A DNA stretch of 64,000 nucleotides from an uncultured Candidatus Saccharibacteria bacterium (GCA_964589445.1 CAZPQX010000002.1:352-64351), one strand, 5' to 3'. Counted from the first letter of the stretch, positions 19,501 through 28,061 are shown. Notes: generated by a model not told the origin, from the letters alone. Program-made: numbers and translations.

Positions 19501-19785
19501 ATTGAAAAAGAAGTGACTTTGGATGTTTTGATATCTGACATAAATATGGCGTACAATTTGGGTTGGATAAAGGATGTAAAAGTAAAAAATGATTTGGTAA
19601 AAAAAGCTAAACTTCTTATAAAATTTGAAAAAAGAAGGAATGGAAAGTACGAAAAAGTGGTAGATAAATTGACAGTCATACTAGTTGATTTGGAGCTGGA
19701 TTTACTTCTTAAAAAAGGAAAGATAAATAAAGATGCTAGAGATTTATTAAGAAAAGATTTAAAATACATTATCAATAACAATTAA
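16594..19785 (+). CDS. large secreted multidomain protein: parallel beta-helix repeats, lipase/esterase domain and PPC-like domain
   Basis: Signal peptide. PbH1 repeats (NSKIFDNH..., NSVIENS...). VAHSMGGLV GxSxG lipase motif. Beta-sandwich-like C-terminal region. Confidence 0.7.
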   Translation: MKKVTISLLFVLSLFGLFSPNFASAENVFVSGAITSDTTWVSSNVYVINSSFSVDLGVTLTISPGTVIKARNTGAGGPSIYGSLIALGTEESPIIFTSSNDDSFSGSLDEYESVGSPGDWQGLYFKPGSTGKFDHVHLSYGGYGGSGYGNFVGIENDGGNVEIKNSKIFDNHKIVSNGAGGVMTAGSGVSNKSGDLSIQNSVIENSMVGVRVSAGNISISGTTFRNNVDSTGQGNGYGIYTSGSDSLTLLNNVFEGNKRTAHIRVAPNFVHGGNMSNDQTNRGFEIDGDLSGEVVLSSGDIPYIVGHLIINPSGKMVVEPGAILKMNDFVASGAIYVNGGILEFRGTPENKIYITSLRDDTIGGDTNGDGDLTLPALKNWASIFLENGSNALFENVELGYGGYNWNGEYLNIGAAIYQRGAELSIKNSVFHHNRTADIFTDGGNTQIFGSEFEGSDYGIWSRGGSTTVSNSSFTNHVGLGVYGESGPQVDARNNWWGSIDGPKDTSDPNPTGNGDKIQGNVNYAPFLTSWPPSTEKVINPVIIVPGIMGSAYKNGNWVIDPVFHVYDNLIETLEKNGYTKGENLFPWGYDWKNSNTESALLLKQKIDEIKNICGCEEVDIVAHSMGGLVTRAYVQSENYENDIDQIIFLGTPHRGAPKDYLTWEAAELSPDAFNFFIESHYKKEAKKLGYSNLFEYIHDWPIKSVEELLSTSNYLYSATSSQTLIYPMGYPRNIFLENLNQGIVAFLEEDIDIANIISKAKDTITGLRVVNSNKLPLWQHGYPENYDSNTGDKGLIFGLGDGTVPEINASLGERVDIFISSDHVNLPTDAMEEIFDEIHGGELVDPVKTSLPLKILFAKIFSPADFVIIAPDGKKVGKNFSTGQEINEIPGSFYSGFDGDDEYVTIPDPMDGEYKIELQGTGSGGSYRFETTYITEATSTTAEVSGVTAPNQITNLKVGIDSEKPNQTKIEKEVTLDVLISDINMAYNLGWIKDVKVKNDLVKKAKLLIKFEKRRNGKYEKVVDKLTVILVDLELDLLLKKGKINKDARDLLRKDLKYIINNN

Positions 19786-19788
19786 TTT

Positions 19789-20154
19789 ATGAAAAGAAAT
19801 TTATTACTATTTTTGGCTCTAGTATCAAGTTCTTCCTTAATTTCAATATTTCTAGGAGAAAAAATCAGTACCAGTTTGTTTCCTTTTGCTGGAAGTTGGA
19901 TTGTTCCATTTGAAATAATACATTTCGTAAACAGTTTTCCATTTGTCTATTATTTCCTGGCACCATTTTTGTTTTTATCTTGGGGGGAGGGTAAAAAATG
20001 GGTTTGGATAATCGTTTCTGTTTTGCCACTTGTTATTATAGAGATTTATATAGGCGCTTTTGTAGAATTTTTGAGTTTAAATCTAACCTTCTTTATTTCT
20101 GGAGTCTTCTTGTCGTTTATCACTAAATTCACAGTAGGTAAAATAAAAAAATAA
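19789..20154 (+). CDS. small multi-TM membrane protein
   Basis: 121 aa, four hydrophobic segments. Confidence 0.45.
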   Translation: MKRNLLLFLALVSSSSLISIFLGEKISTSLFPFAGSWIVPFEIIHFVNSFPFVYYFLAPFLFLSWGEGKKWVWIIVSVLPLVIIEIYIGAFVEFLSLNLTFFISGVFLSFITKFTVGKIKK

Positions 20155-20170
20155 TTGATTTTTATCTAGC

Positions 20171-20207
20171 GAAAAACCCGAGGAGTGTGTACTCGACTCG
20201 GGTCTTT
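20171..20207. terminator. bidirectional intrinsic terminator
   Basis: cccgag-gagtgtgtactcgact-cgggt with A-run upstream and T-run downstream. Confidence 0.6.
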
Positions 20208-20516
20208 GGACTATCGGGGGACGAGCTGGTTTGCGTCAAACTCAGCCAAATTTGCGCTTGCACTACTCATCACTGCGTTTGCGGTGTTGAGTGTGTTTAC
20301 AAGCAAATTTTCGCCCGCCACGAATACTTCTGACATAAGGAACTTGAGGATAATTATCGTTAACCCAAGTCCCAACGCTTTTCTCATATTATTAAAAATT
20401 GCGGGGGCTAGGTGCAAAGCTGACGAAGCTTTGCACGAGAGCTAACGACTCTCCTCCCTCCGGAGACTAGGCGCGCTTTTCGCGACCACTCTCCGGAGGC
20501 TTTCCTTATGTACCTG
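20203..20516 (-). ncRNA. candidate structured ncRNA on the minus strand (unclassified)
   Basis: Minus-strand TTGACA-N17-TATAGT promoter (20522-20550) and terminator at 20177-20202. Transcript has consecutive perfect hairpins (GCCUCCGGAGA...UCUCCGGAGG with GAAAA-looped inner stem; GUGCAAAGCU-UCGUC-AGCUUUGCAC; GAGAG-UCGUUAG-CUCUC). No downstream gene. No credible ORF. Confidence 0.4.
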
Positions 20517-20521
20517 CTTTT

Positions 20522-20550
20522 ACTATATAAGTACTTCATCTTCGTGTCAA
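20522..20550 (-). promoter_or_regulatory. near-consensus sigma70 promoter (minus strand)
   Basis: TTGACA (20545-20550 complement), 17-nt spacer, TATAGT (20522-20527 complement). Confidence 0.55.
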
Positions 20551-20617
20551 GTGGAAGTCAGTTGGATCTATCGGGCCGCTTTCTTTTTATATAAATTTTA
20601 ATTAAACTGATTTCAAT

Positions 20618-21010
20618 ATGGCTTGGGAAGACAGACCTCAAATAATTAAAGATGTTGGTTTTGACTTTAGGTGGGACTCGAAAAAGGTCTGGTCTTTAGA
20701 TGTGTCAGCTGAGAAAATGGATATGCAAGATTTGATTTGGCACTTCGACATCCCATTTTGGGAAGTGGAGGGGACAGACGACTATAATCTTAAACCCTGG
20801 GAAGTAATCGAGAACCCTGACAAACACTCTATTCACTACAAAAAGGTCCAAGAAGCCGATTTGAAATACCCGATTGATATTATGGAAAACAAAGGCAGGT
20901 GGCTTATTCTCGATGGTCTTCATCGTTTAGTAAAAGCTCATATGCAAGGACTCAAAAAAGTAATGGTCCGCAAGATCCCGAGAGAAAAAATTCCTGAAAT
21001 TTTGAAATAA
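20618..21010 (+). CDS. ParB/sulfiredoxin-like nuclease-domain protein (putative)
   Basis: YPIDIME...LILDGLHRLVKA resembles the ParB-like DGxHR motif. Confidence 0.4.
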   Translation: MAWEDRPQIIKDVGFDFRWDSKKVWSLDVSAEKMDMQDLIWHFDIPFWEVEGTDDYNLKPWEVIENPDKHSIHYKKVQEADLKYPIDIMENKGRWLILDGLHRLVKAHMQGLKKVMVRKIPREKIPEILK

Positions 21011-21053
21011 AATAAAAAAAATATAAACAAAAGCCCCGCGTATTCTGCGGGGC
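21011..21053 (-). terminator. intrinsic terminator for the 128-aa minus-strand gene
   Basis: gccccgcg-tattct-gcggggc hairpin with a long T-run on the minus strand. Confidence 0.7.
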
Positions 21054-21061
21054 CTGTATAC

Positions 21062-21448
21062 CTAGCGGCGAAAGCTGTTCCAAAGAGACGGTGCTCCGAA
21101 GGGTGGCTCCTTCTTCCACTTGATCGTCTTCCGGTTTGTAATCCAGTGAGGACGATCTGGGCGACCAAAGCCACAACCATCGAAATCTGGTGCGAGACCG
21201 TGAGTGTTCCTCGGTTGCTCCACCTTTCCTTCACGGAAGAACTTTCGTGCGATCCGAGACGCTTTACCACGAATCTCTCGTGGCCAGCGATAATCTCGGT
21301 ATTCCTTGAGAAGCTTGTCGATCTGCTCCGGTGTGCTGGCCGATGTGCCGGCGATGATGAGTTTTACATCCTTCGGGTCCACCTTCCCCTCAGCCATTTC
21401 TTCACAGCATTTGCCGAGGCTCAAACCGATCAGTCTAGTTTTACGCAT
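21062..21448 (-). CDS. GC-rich hypothetical protein (128 aa)
   Basis: AAGGAG SD 7 nt upstream of ATG. About 52% GC. Isolated on the minus strand between + strand genes. Confidence 0.5.
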   Translation of the reverse strand: MRKTRLIGLSLGKCCEEMAEGKVDPKDVKLIIAGTSASTPEQIDKLLKEYRDYRWPREIRGKASRIARKFFREGKVEQPRNTHGLAPDFDGCGFGRPDRPHWITNRKTIKWKKEPPFGAPSLWNSFRR

Positions 21449-21718
21449 ATCAATCTCCTTTGACTTTTTGTTAGAGGGTTGGGTGTTTCGAACACCCTTA
21501 CCTCAGTCTCTAGAGACCAACACGCTTACAGTAGAGGTGTTCGTTGAAAGAAAAAAATCGTCTTTGCTAGGTCATGTTAAAGAACTCCTTTCTGGGGCTA
21601 ACTAATAAACAGTATACCAAATTATATACTAAAAGTCAATATGTGTAAAGGGTAAGTAAAATAAAGATTTTTTGGCGAAAAAGTGGAGAAAAACTTTAAA
21701 ATAAAGTAGATTGTAGGA

Positions 21719-22747
21719 ATGGCAAATATCACTGTCGGGATTGTCGGGCTACCAAATGTGGGCAAATCCACTCTTTTCAACGCACTTACAAAAAAGTCGG
21801 TGCCGGCGGAGAATTACCCTTTTTGTACGATTGACCCCTCGGTGGGTATCGTGCCTGTGCCTGACGAAAGGCTCGAAAAACTAAATGAATTTTCTAAATC
21901 AGCAAAAAAGGTGCCAGCAGTGGTGGAGTTTACTGACATCGCAGGGCTAGTGAAAGGGGCTTCGGAAGGAGAAGGTTTGGGCAATAAGTTCCTCTCTCAC
22001 ATCAGAGAAGTTGACGCTATCGCGCAGGTTGTCCGAATTTTTGAAGACAAAGATATCATACATGTGAATAACAAAGTTGATCCACTTTCAGATATCGAAA
22101 CCATAAACCTCGAACTCATCTTGGCAGACTTGCAGGTCGTCGAAAAAAGGCTTGGCTCTCTCGAAAAAGAAGCAAGGTCTGGAAAGAAAGAAGCAATCAT
22201 AGAAAAAAGTGGTTTGGAAAAGGTGAAGAAAGTTTTGGAAGAAGGTAAGCTTGCAAGTAGTGCAAAGGGAGAGCTTGATGAAAAGGAGGCGCCCCTCGTC
22301 AAAAATTTGCAGCTTCTCAGCATGAAGCCGATATTTTATGTACTCAACAATTCAGAAGCGGCCCAGCCCGCCTCGCAAGCGAGAGCGTTGCTGGCGGGAG
22401 AAAACAGTATGGTTAGAAATAATTTTGTTGAGGTTGACGCAATTTTTGAAAAAGGTTTTGATGATCTGATAAAAAAAGCTTACGAAACTCTCGACCTTGT
22501 CACCTTCTTTACTACCGGGGAAGACGAGACAAGAGGCTGGACTACCCGCCGCGGAGCTACCGCACCGCAGGCGGGCAGGTCAATTCACGGCGACTTTGAG
22601 GAGAAGTTTATACGAGCCGAGGTGATAGCTTGGGACAAACTTTTGGAAGCAGGCAGCTATGCTGCTGCTCGTGAAAAGGGCTGGCTCCGCACAGAAGGTA
22701 AAGAATATATAGTCCAAGACGGGGATGTGATTGAGTTTAAAATTTAG
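21719..22747 (+). CDS. ychF: ribosome-binding ATPase YchF (Obg-like)
   Basis: [19 protein letters not shown]-loop and C-terminal TGS domain. Confidence 0.9.
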   Translation: MANITVGIVGLPNVGKSTLFNALTKKSVPAENYPFCTIDPSVGIVPVPDERLEKLNEFSKSAKKVPAVVEFTDIAGLVKGASEGEGLGNKFLSHIREVDAIAQVVRIFEDKDIIHVNNKVDPLSDIETINLELILADLQVVEKRLGSLEKEARSGKKEAIIEKSGLEKVKKVLEEGKLASSAKGELDEKEAPLVKNLQLLSMKPIFYVLNNSEAAQPASQARALLAGENSMVRNNFVEVDAIFEKGFDDLIKKAYETLDLVTFFTTGEDETRGWTTRRGATAPQAGRSIHGDFEEKFIRAEVIAWDKLLEAGSYAAAREKGWLRTEGKEYIVQDGDVIEFKI

Positions 22748-22772
22748 CCTAAAAATGGTATAATTAGGCGTA

Positions 22773-23711
22773 ATGGTTTTTGTGGGTTTATTTATTTTTG
22801 CCTTATTAATCCTAACTTTTATTTTTATGGAAAATTCTCGTACATCTGCTAAAGACTTCTTTTTGCATCTCGGAATGATGGTTTCTCTTTATGCTGTGAC
22901 TATCGCCTTTATCAATCTTGTTTTTAGTGTCATTGGTCGCGCTTTCCCTGACATGATCACAAACGGCTACTATTGGTCGCAAGGTTCAGAGATAAGCATG
23001 CCCGTGGCTACTCTCATCATCGTCTTTCCTATATTTTTGATACTTTCAAGATTTGTATATAAGTCATATATAGAGAGTCCTGACAAAAAGAACTTGAGCA
23101 TAAGAAAGTGGCTCACTTACATCACTCTGTTTATCGCAGGGGTAATACTCGCGGGCGACCTCGTGACTGTGCTTTATAAATTCCTTGATGGGCAAGATTT
23201 GACCACAGCATTTTTGCTCAAGGCTTTGACAGTCCTCCTAGTATCTGGGTTTGTGTTTGGGTATTATCTTCAAGATATAAGAGAAAGGGTTTCTAGTAAT
23301 CAGAGAAAGTTTTGGGCAATGGGTGTGGCTCTCATAATTTTAATTTCTATTATCCTTGGCTTTGCAGTGATCGGTAGCCCAAGGACTCAAAGGCAGCTTC
23401 GTATGGATCAGGAGACTGTTTATTCACTCGACAATGCGAATTGGCAGGTGATCAACTATTGGCAGGTGAACGGCATGATACCAGACTCCATACCAAGTCT
23501 TACTCCAGAAATAGATTATAAAAAGACGGGAAATATGACCTATGAACTCTGTGCTACATTTAACCATTCAAATCAATATAGGGGTGGAAATATGGGATGG
23601 GTTGTGGGCCCAAAAATGCCTGGAGTGGTGGACTGGTCTCATAATGTAGGATACCACTGCTTTGAAATGCAGATTGACCCAGTCATGTACCCAACTCAGG
23701 TGAGAGGGTAG
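22773..23711 (+). CDS. integral membrane protein (hypothetical)
   Basis: Six or more predicted TM helices. No motif recognised. Confidence 0.45.
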   Translation: MVFVGLFIFALLILTFIFMENSRTSAKDFFLHLGMMVSLYAVTIAFINLVFSVIGRAFPDMITNGYYWSQGSEISMPVATLIIVFPIFLILSRFVYKSYIESPDKKNLSIRKWLTYITLFIAGVILAGDLVTVLYKFLDGQDLTTAFLLKALTVLLVSGFVFGYYLQDIRERVSSNQRKFWAMGVALIILISIILGFAVIGSPRTQRQLRMDQETVYSLDNANWQVINYWQVNGMIPDSIPSLTPEIDYKKTGNMTYELCATFNHSNQYRGGNMGWVVGPKMPGVVDWSHNVGYHCFEMQIDPVMYPTQVRG

Positions 23712-23784
23712 ATCAAATATCTTTAGGGGAATACATTATTTTGTATTATGAAAAAAAGATTTTTCATTGTATATTGTTTTATAA

Positions 23785-26718
23785 ATGAATAATTATGATC
23801 ACAAAGAAATAGATAAGAAGTGGCCCCACTCCGCTGAAGCTTCGCGGGGCAAGCAAGAGTATAATCATCGAGAGATTGAGTCTAAATGGCAAGAAGTTTG
23901 GAATAAAAATAAACTTTATAAAACAGAGGAAGATCCAAGTAAACCCAAGTCTTTTGTTTTGGACATGTTCCCTTATCCTTCTGGAGAGGGCTTGCATGTC
24001 GGTCACCCCAAGGGCTACATCGCTACTGACATTTATTCCCGTATGAAAAAAATGCAAGGGCACAATGTCTTGCACCCAATGGGATGGGATGCTTTTGGAT
24101 TGCCTGCGGAGAACTTTGCTATAAAACATAAAATTCACCCAAGAGTTGCAGTAGAAAAAAATATTCAAAGATTTAAAGAGCAGCTTTCAAAAATTGGTTT
24201 TAACTATGATTGGGGCAGGGAAATAAATACTACAGATCCAGAATACTATAAATGGACACAGTGGATATTTTTGAAGATGCTCGAAAAAGGTTTGGCTTAT
24301 GAATCTTATGAACCGATAAACTGGTGCCCTTCTTGCCAGACTGGTCTTGCAAATGAAGATTTGGAGTCAGATGGTACTTGTGAACGCTGTGGCTCTGTCG
24401 TAGAAAAGCGCCCAATGCGACAGTGGGTTTTGAAAATAACAGAATACGCAGACAGGATGCTTGAAGATTTGAAACTTTTGGATTGGCCTGAATATATAAA
24501 GGAGGCTCAGAGGAATTGGATAGGTAGGAGTGAGGGGATGCTCTTCAGTGCTCCAGTAAAAGATACTGACTTAAAAATTCAAACATTTTCAGCGCATTTC
24601 GAAGGTTTTGCTGCAGATACTTTTGTTGTAATCGCACCAGATCATCCGTTTTTGCCACAGTTGGTAAAAGGGACTGAAAAAGAAAAAGAAGTTTTGGAAT
24701 TTGCTCAAAAGCTCGTGGAAAAAAGATTGGCTCAAGGGTTTGCTGCCGAAAAAGAGTCAGAAGGGATTTTCACTGGTCGTTATATTGTTGATCCGGTGGG
24801 TAATGGAGATTTGCCAATTTGGGTGGCGAGTTATGCGCTCGCTGATTATGGTACGGGTATAGTGAAATGTTCTGCTCATGATGAGCGAGATTTCGCCTTT
24901 GCGAAAAAATACAATGTTCCCTTGAAAGAAGTTTTGATCCCAAGGATGATTGACTATACCAACCCTCATGTTGAAGGTAAAAAGGTAGTTTTTCGAAAAG
25001 CTGTTATTGTACTTCTCAAAAATCCAAAAACTGGTGAAATATTGACTTTGAAATGGAAGAAGCAGCCCTGGGTCACTTTTGTCATGGGAGGAATTGAAGA
25101 AGGGGAAACTCCAGAACAGGCGGCAGAAAGGGAAATAAAAGAAGAAACTGGTTATCAAAATATAAAAAATATAAAAATTTTGGGTGGTCCGACCCAGGCA
25201 GAATTTTTTGCAGCTCACAAGGATGAAAATCGCATCACCAACTCGTGGCTTGCGGTCGCTGAGCTTGCTGATGAAACTCAAGAAAGTTTGTCCGATGAAG
25301 AAGCTGCGATACATGAACTTGAATGGGTTGATCCAGAAAAAATAGATCCTAAAAAAATCCAGCATAGCGAGGCTGCACTTATCTTGGATAGGATGAAAAA
25401 TGGAGTGAAGGCTTGGACTGATATGAAAAACAGTGTACTTTTGGCACCAGAGCAGTTTAAAGGAAAGATTGCGGGAGAAGTACGACAAGAAATAATCGAA
25501 TATTTAGAAAAAAATAAATTAGCTGAAAAAAAGACCACATATAAAATAAAAGATTGGGTGTTTAGTAGGCAGAGATATTGGGGAGAGCCAATACCTGTGA
25601 TCCATTGCGAAGAGTGTGGGGTCGTAGGCGTGCCCGAAAAAGATTTGCCGGTGAGACTTCCTGATGTTGAAAATTATCAGCCGACAGGTACTGGTGAGTC
25701 TCCGCTTGCCAACATTGAGAATTGGGTAAATACAACTTGTCCTAAGTGTGGTGGTGCTGCAAGGCGCGAGACAAACACGATGCCTCAGTGGGCAGGGTCT
25801 TCTTGGTATTATTTGCGCTTCATGGATCCAAAAAATAGTGAGAAACTTGTCGACCCCAAAAAAGAAAAATACTGGGCGCCTGTTGATGTGTATGTCGGGG
25901 GGGACCATGCGGTGAGACATCTTATATATGCTAGGTTTTGGCATAAGTTTTTGTTTGACATTGGCTCTGTGAGTACCGAAGAGCCTTTTGCTAGATTGGA
26001 ATTCTTGGGATTTATTTTGGCAAAAGACGGAAGGAAGATGAGTAAGAGATGGGGGAATGTGATAAATCCTGACGATATAGTTGATTTGTGGGGAGCAGAT
26101 ACCTTGAGGCTCTATGAGATGTTTATGGGCCCATTTGAAAACACGATTGCTTGGAAAGATGAAAGTCTTATAGGTGTCAGGAGATTTTTAGAAAGGTCTT
26201 GGAAATTTGCGCATGGCAATTTTGTAGATCAAGATTCTCAAGAAAAAAATCAAAAAATAGAGTCATTACTACACAAAACAATCAAAAAAGTAACTGAAGA
26301 CATAGAAGGTTTCAAATTCAATACCGCCATTTCTACGATGATGATCTTGCTCAATGAATTTGAGGCGAATAAAGATTTGGTTTCTAAAGAATATGTCGAG
26401 GTATTTTTGAAACTTTTGGCCCCTTTTGCTCCTCATATGGCCGAAGAGATATGGTCTGGTTTTGGAAACCAAAAATCAATACATTTGGAAGAATGGCCAA
26501 AGTTTGACGAGTTAAAAACCAAGGAGACAGAGGTAAAAATTATGGTGCAGGTAAACGGCAGAGTGAGGGCAAATTTCGTTGCAAATGCTGGTATTTCTGA
26601 AGAAGAAGCCAAAAAACAGGCCCTCGCCATGCCAGAAGTTCAGAAGTGGATTCAAGGTCTTAGCATAGAGAAGACAATCTTTGTTGTGGATAAGCTTCTG
26701 AATATCGTTGTAAAATAG
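23785..26718 (+). CDS. leuS: leucyl-tRNA synthetase with an embedded Nudix hydrolase domain
   Basis: HVGHPKGY (HIGH), KMSKRWGN (KMSKS) and a LeuRS-specific anticodon-binding C-terminus. A GGIEEGETPEQAAEREIKEETG Nudix box lies within an insertion of about 150 aa (about nt 24940-25420). Confidence 0.9.
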   Translation: MNNYDHKEIDKKWPHSAEASRGKQEYNHREIESKWQEVWNKNKLYKTEEDPSKPKSFVLDMFPYPSGEGLHVGHPKGYIATDIYSRMKKMQGHNVLHPMGWDAFGLPAENFAIKHKIHPRVAVEKNIQRFKEQLSKIGFNYDWGREINTTDPEYYKWTQWIFLKMLEKGLAYESYEPINWCPSCQTGLANEDLESDGTCERCGSVVEKRPMRQWVLKITEYADRMLEDLKLLDWPEYIKEAQRNWIGRSEGMLFSAPVKDTDLKIQTFSAHFEGFAADTFVVIAPDHPFLPQLVKGTEKEKEVLEFAQKLVEKRLAQGFAAEKESEGIFTGRYIVDPVGNGDLPIWVASYALADYGTGIVKCSAHDERDFAFAKKYNVPLKEVLIPRMIDYTNPHVEGKKVVFRKAVIVLLKNPKTGEILTLKWKKQPWVTFVMGGIEEGETPEQAAEREIKEETGYQNIKNIKILGGPTQAEFFAAHKDENRITNSWLAVAELADETQESLSDEEAAIHELEWVDPEKIDPKKIQHSEAALILDRMKNGVKAWTDMKNSVLLAPEQFKGKIAGEVRQEIIEYLEKNKLAEKKTTYKIKDWVFSRQRYWGEPIPVIHCEECGVVGVPEKDLPVRLPDVENYQPTGTGESPLANIENWVNTTCPKCGGAARRETNTMPQWAGSSWYYLRFMDPKNSEKLVDPKKEKYWAPVDVYVGGDHAVRHLIYARFWHKFLFDIGSVSTEEPFARLEFLGFILAKDGRKMSKRWGNVINPDDIVDLWGADTLRLYEMFMGPFENTIAWKDESLIGVRRFLERSWKFAHGNFVDQDSQEKNQKIESLLHKTIKKVTEDIEGFKFNTAISTMMILLNEFEANKDLVSKEYVEVFLKLLAPFAPHMAEEIWSGFGNQKSIHLEEWPKFDELKTKETEVKIMVQVNGRVRANFVANAGISEEEAKKQALAMPEVQKWIQGLSIEKTIFVVDKLLNIVVK

Positions 26719-26799
26719 GACCACTTCAAAGATTTGACATATATTGTATAATTTGTTACAACTATATAGCTAATGTTGCATAATAATTTTTAATCTTTT

Positions 26800-27855
26800 A
26801 TGAAAAATAATCCTTCAAAAAACAAACAAATACCACTTTCGTTCAACCCTAAACAGGTAGTGAAGAAGCTTTTGAATTCACTTCCTTCTAGAGCTCAGGA
26901 CATCATAGTGGGTAGGTTTGGTCTTTCTGGGGGAGGTGAAGAGATGACTCTTGAGTCTATCGGTAAGAAATATGGTATCACAAGAGAGAGAGTCAGGCAG
27001 ATAGAAAATTATGCAATCAATCATATAAGAAAGTCTGATACTTACGAAAAAGAAAAAGTTTCTTTTGAGGAATTGTTTAAGGTTATAAAAGGTATGGGCG
27101 GCATAGTTTCTGAAGAGGACTTACTAGAAAGCCTAGGTAAAGATGCTACTACAAGAAAAAATGTTCACTTCCTTTTGGTGGTGGGTGACAGCTTCAGTAA
27201 AGTAAAAGAAGATGTCGAATTCAAACACAGGTGGCACATAGACAAAGAGCTTGCAGACAGGATACACGAAGCTATCCAAAAACTTTATTCAGGTCTCAAA
27301 GATGATGAGATCGTACCAGAGTCTGAAATAGTGGCTTCATTCTTAGAGCATCTTAAGGGTGTATCAGACGAATACAAAAATGATGAGATACTCACAAGAT
27401 GGCTTTCAATTTCTAAAAATATTTCCAAAAATCCTCTTGGTGAATGGGGTAGATCAAAATCTTCAAATATAAAGACAAAGGGTGTTAGAGACTACGCATA
27501 CTTGATACTCAGAAAGCATGGTTCACCTATACACTTTAGAGAAGTGGCTAAACTCATAGGAGAAATCTTCAATAAGAAGGCTCATGTCGCTACTACTCAC
27601 AACGAACTTATAAAAGACCCAAGATTTGTACTTGTAGGCAGAGGTCTTTATGCTCTTAAGGAGTGGGGCTACTCTACTGGTGTGGTAAAAGATGTCATAA
27701 AAGATATTTTGAAAAGAGAAGGTCCTCTATCAAAGGGCGATATTCTAGAAAGGGTTTTGAAGGAAAGATATGTCAAAGAAAATACAGTTTTGGTAAATCT
27801 ACAGAATCCAAAATTCTTCAAGAAAAACAAGCAAGGTCTCTACGTTGTCGCTTAA
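26800..27855 (+). CDS. sigma-70 region 4 domain-containing DNA-binding protein
   Basis: LESIGKKYGITRERVRQIENYAINHIRK matches the region-4 HTH. Remainder unknown. Confidence 0.5.
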   Translation: MKNNPSKNKQIPLSFNPKQVVKKLLNSLPSRAQDIIVGRFGLSGGGEEMTLESIGKKYGITRERVRQIENYAINHIRKSDTYEKEKVSFEELFKVIKGMGGIVSEEDLLESLGKDATTRKNVHFLLVVGDSFSKVKEDVEFKHRWHIDKELADRIHEAIQKLYSGLKDDEIVPESEIVASFLEHLKGVSDEYKNDEILTRWLSISKNISKNPLGEWGRSKSSNIKTKGVRDYAYLILRKHGSPIHFREVAKLIGEIFNKKAHVATTHNELIKDPRFVLVGRGLYALKEWGYSTGVVKDVIKDILKREGPLSKGDILERVLKERYVKENTVLVNLQNPKFFKKNKQGLYVVA

Positions 27856-27866
27856 ACTAAGTCACG

Positions 27867-27905
27867 AAAATCACAATTAAAAAATTATTTAATTGTGATT
27901 TTTTA
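27867..27905 (+). terminator. intrinsic terminator
   Basis: aaaatcacaattaaa / tttaattgtgatttt perfect palindrome plus T-run. Confidence 0.6.
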
Positions 27906-27920
27906 GTACTCAAGTTATCA

Positions 27921-27990
27921 AAACCCAAAAAGTGCAAAAACAAAAAGCGAGATTTATCTGCCGTTTTTTGTTTTTGCACTTTTTGGGTTT
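27921..27990. repeat. 26-bp perfect inverted repeat with 18-nt spacer
   Basis: aaacccaaaaagtgcaaaaacaaaaa ... tttttgtttttgcactttttgggttt. Confidence 0.7.
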
Positions 27991-28061
27991 TACTGTTTAT
28001 ATAGAAACTTTTACAACTTTTTCTCTTGGCACTTTAGTCTCTGGACTATATAATTGTAAAT

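Noticed and set aside
24757-25488. 243-aa minus-strand ORF inside leuS
   Set aside because: Low-complexity shadow ORF within a well-supported essential gene.
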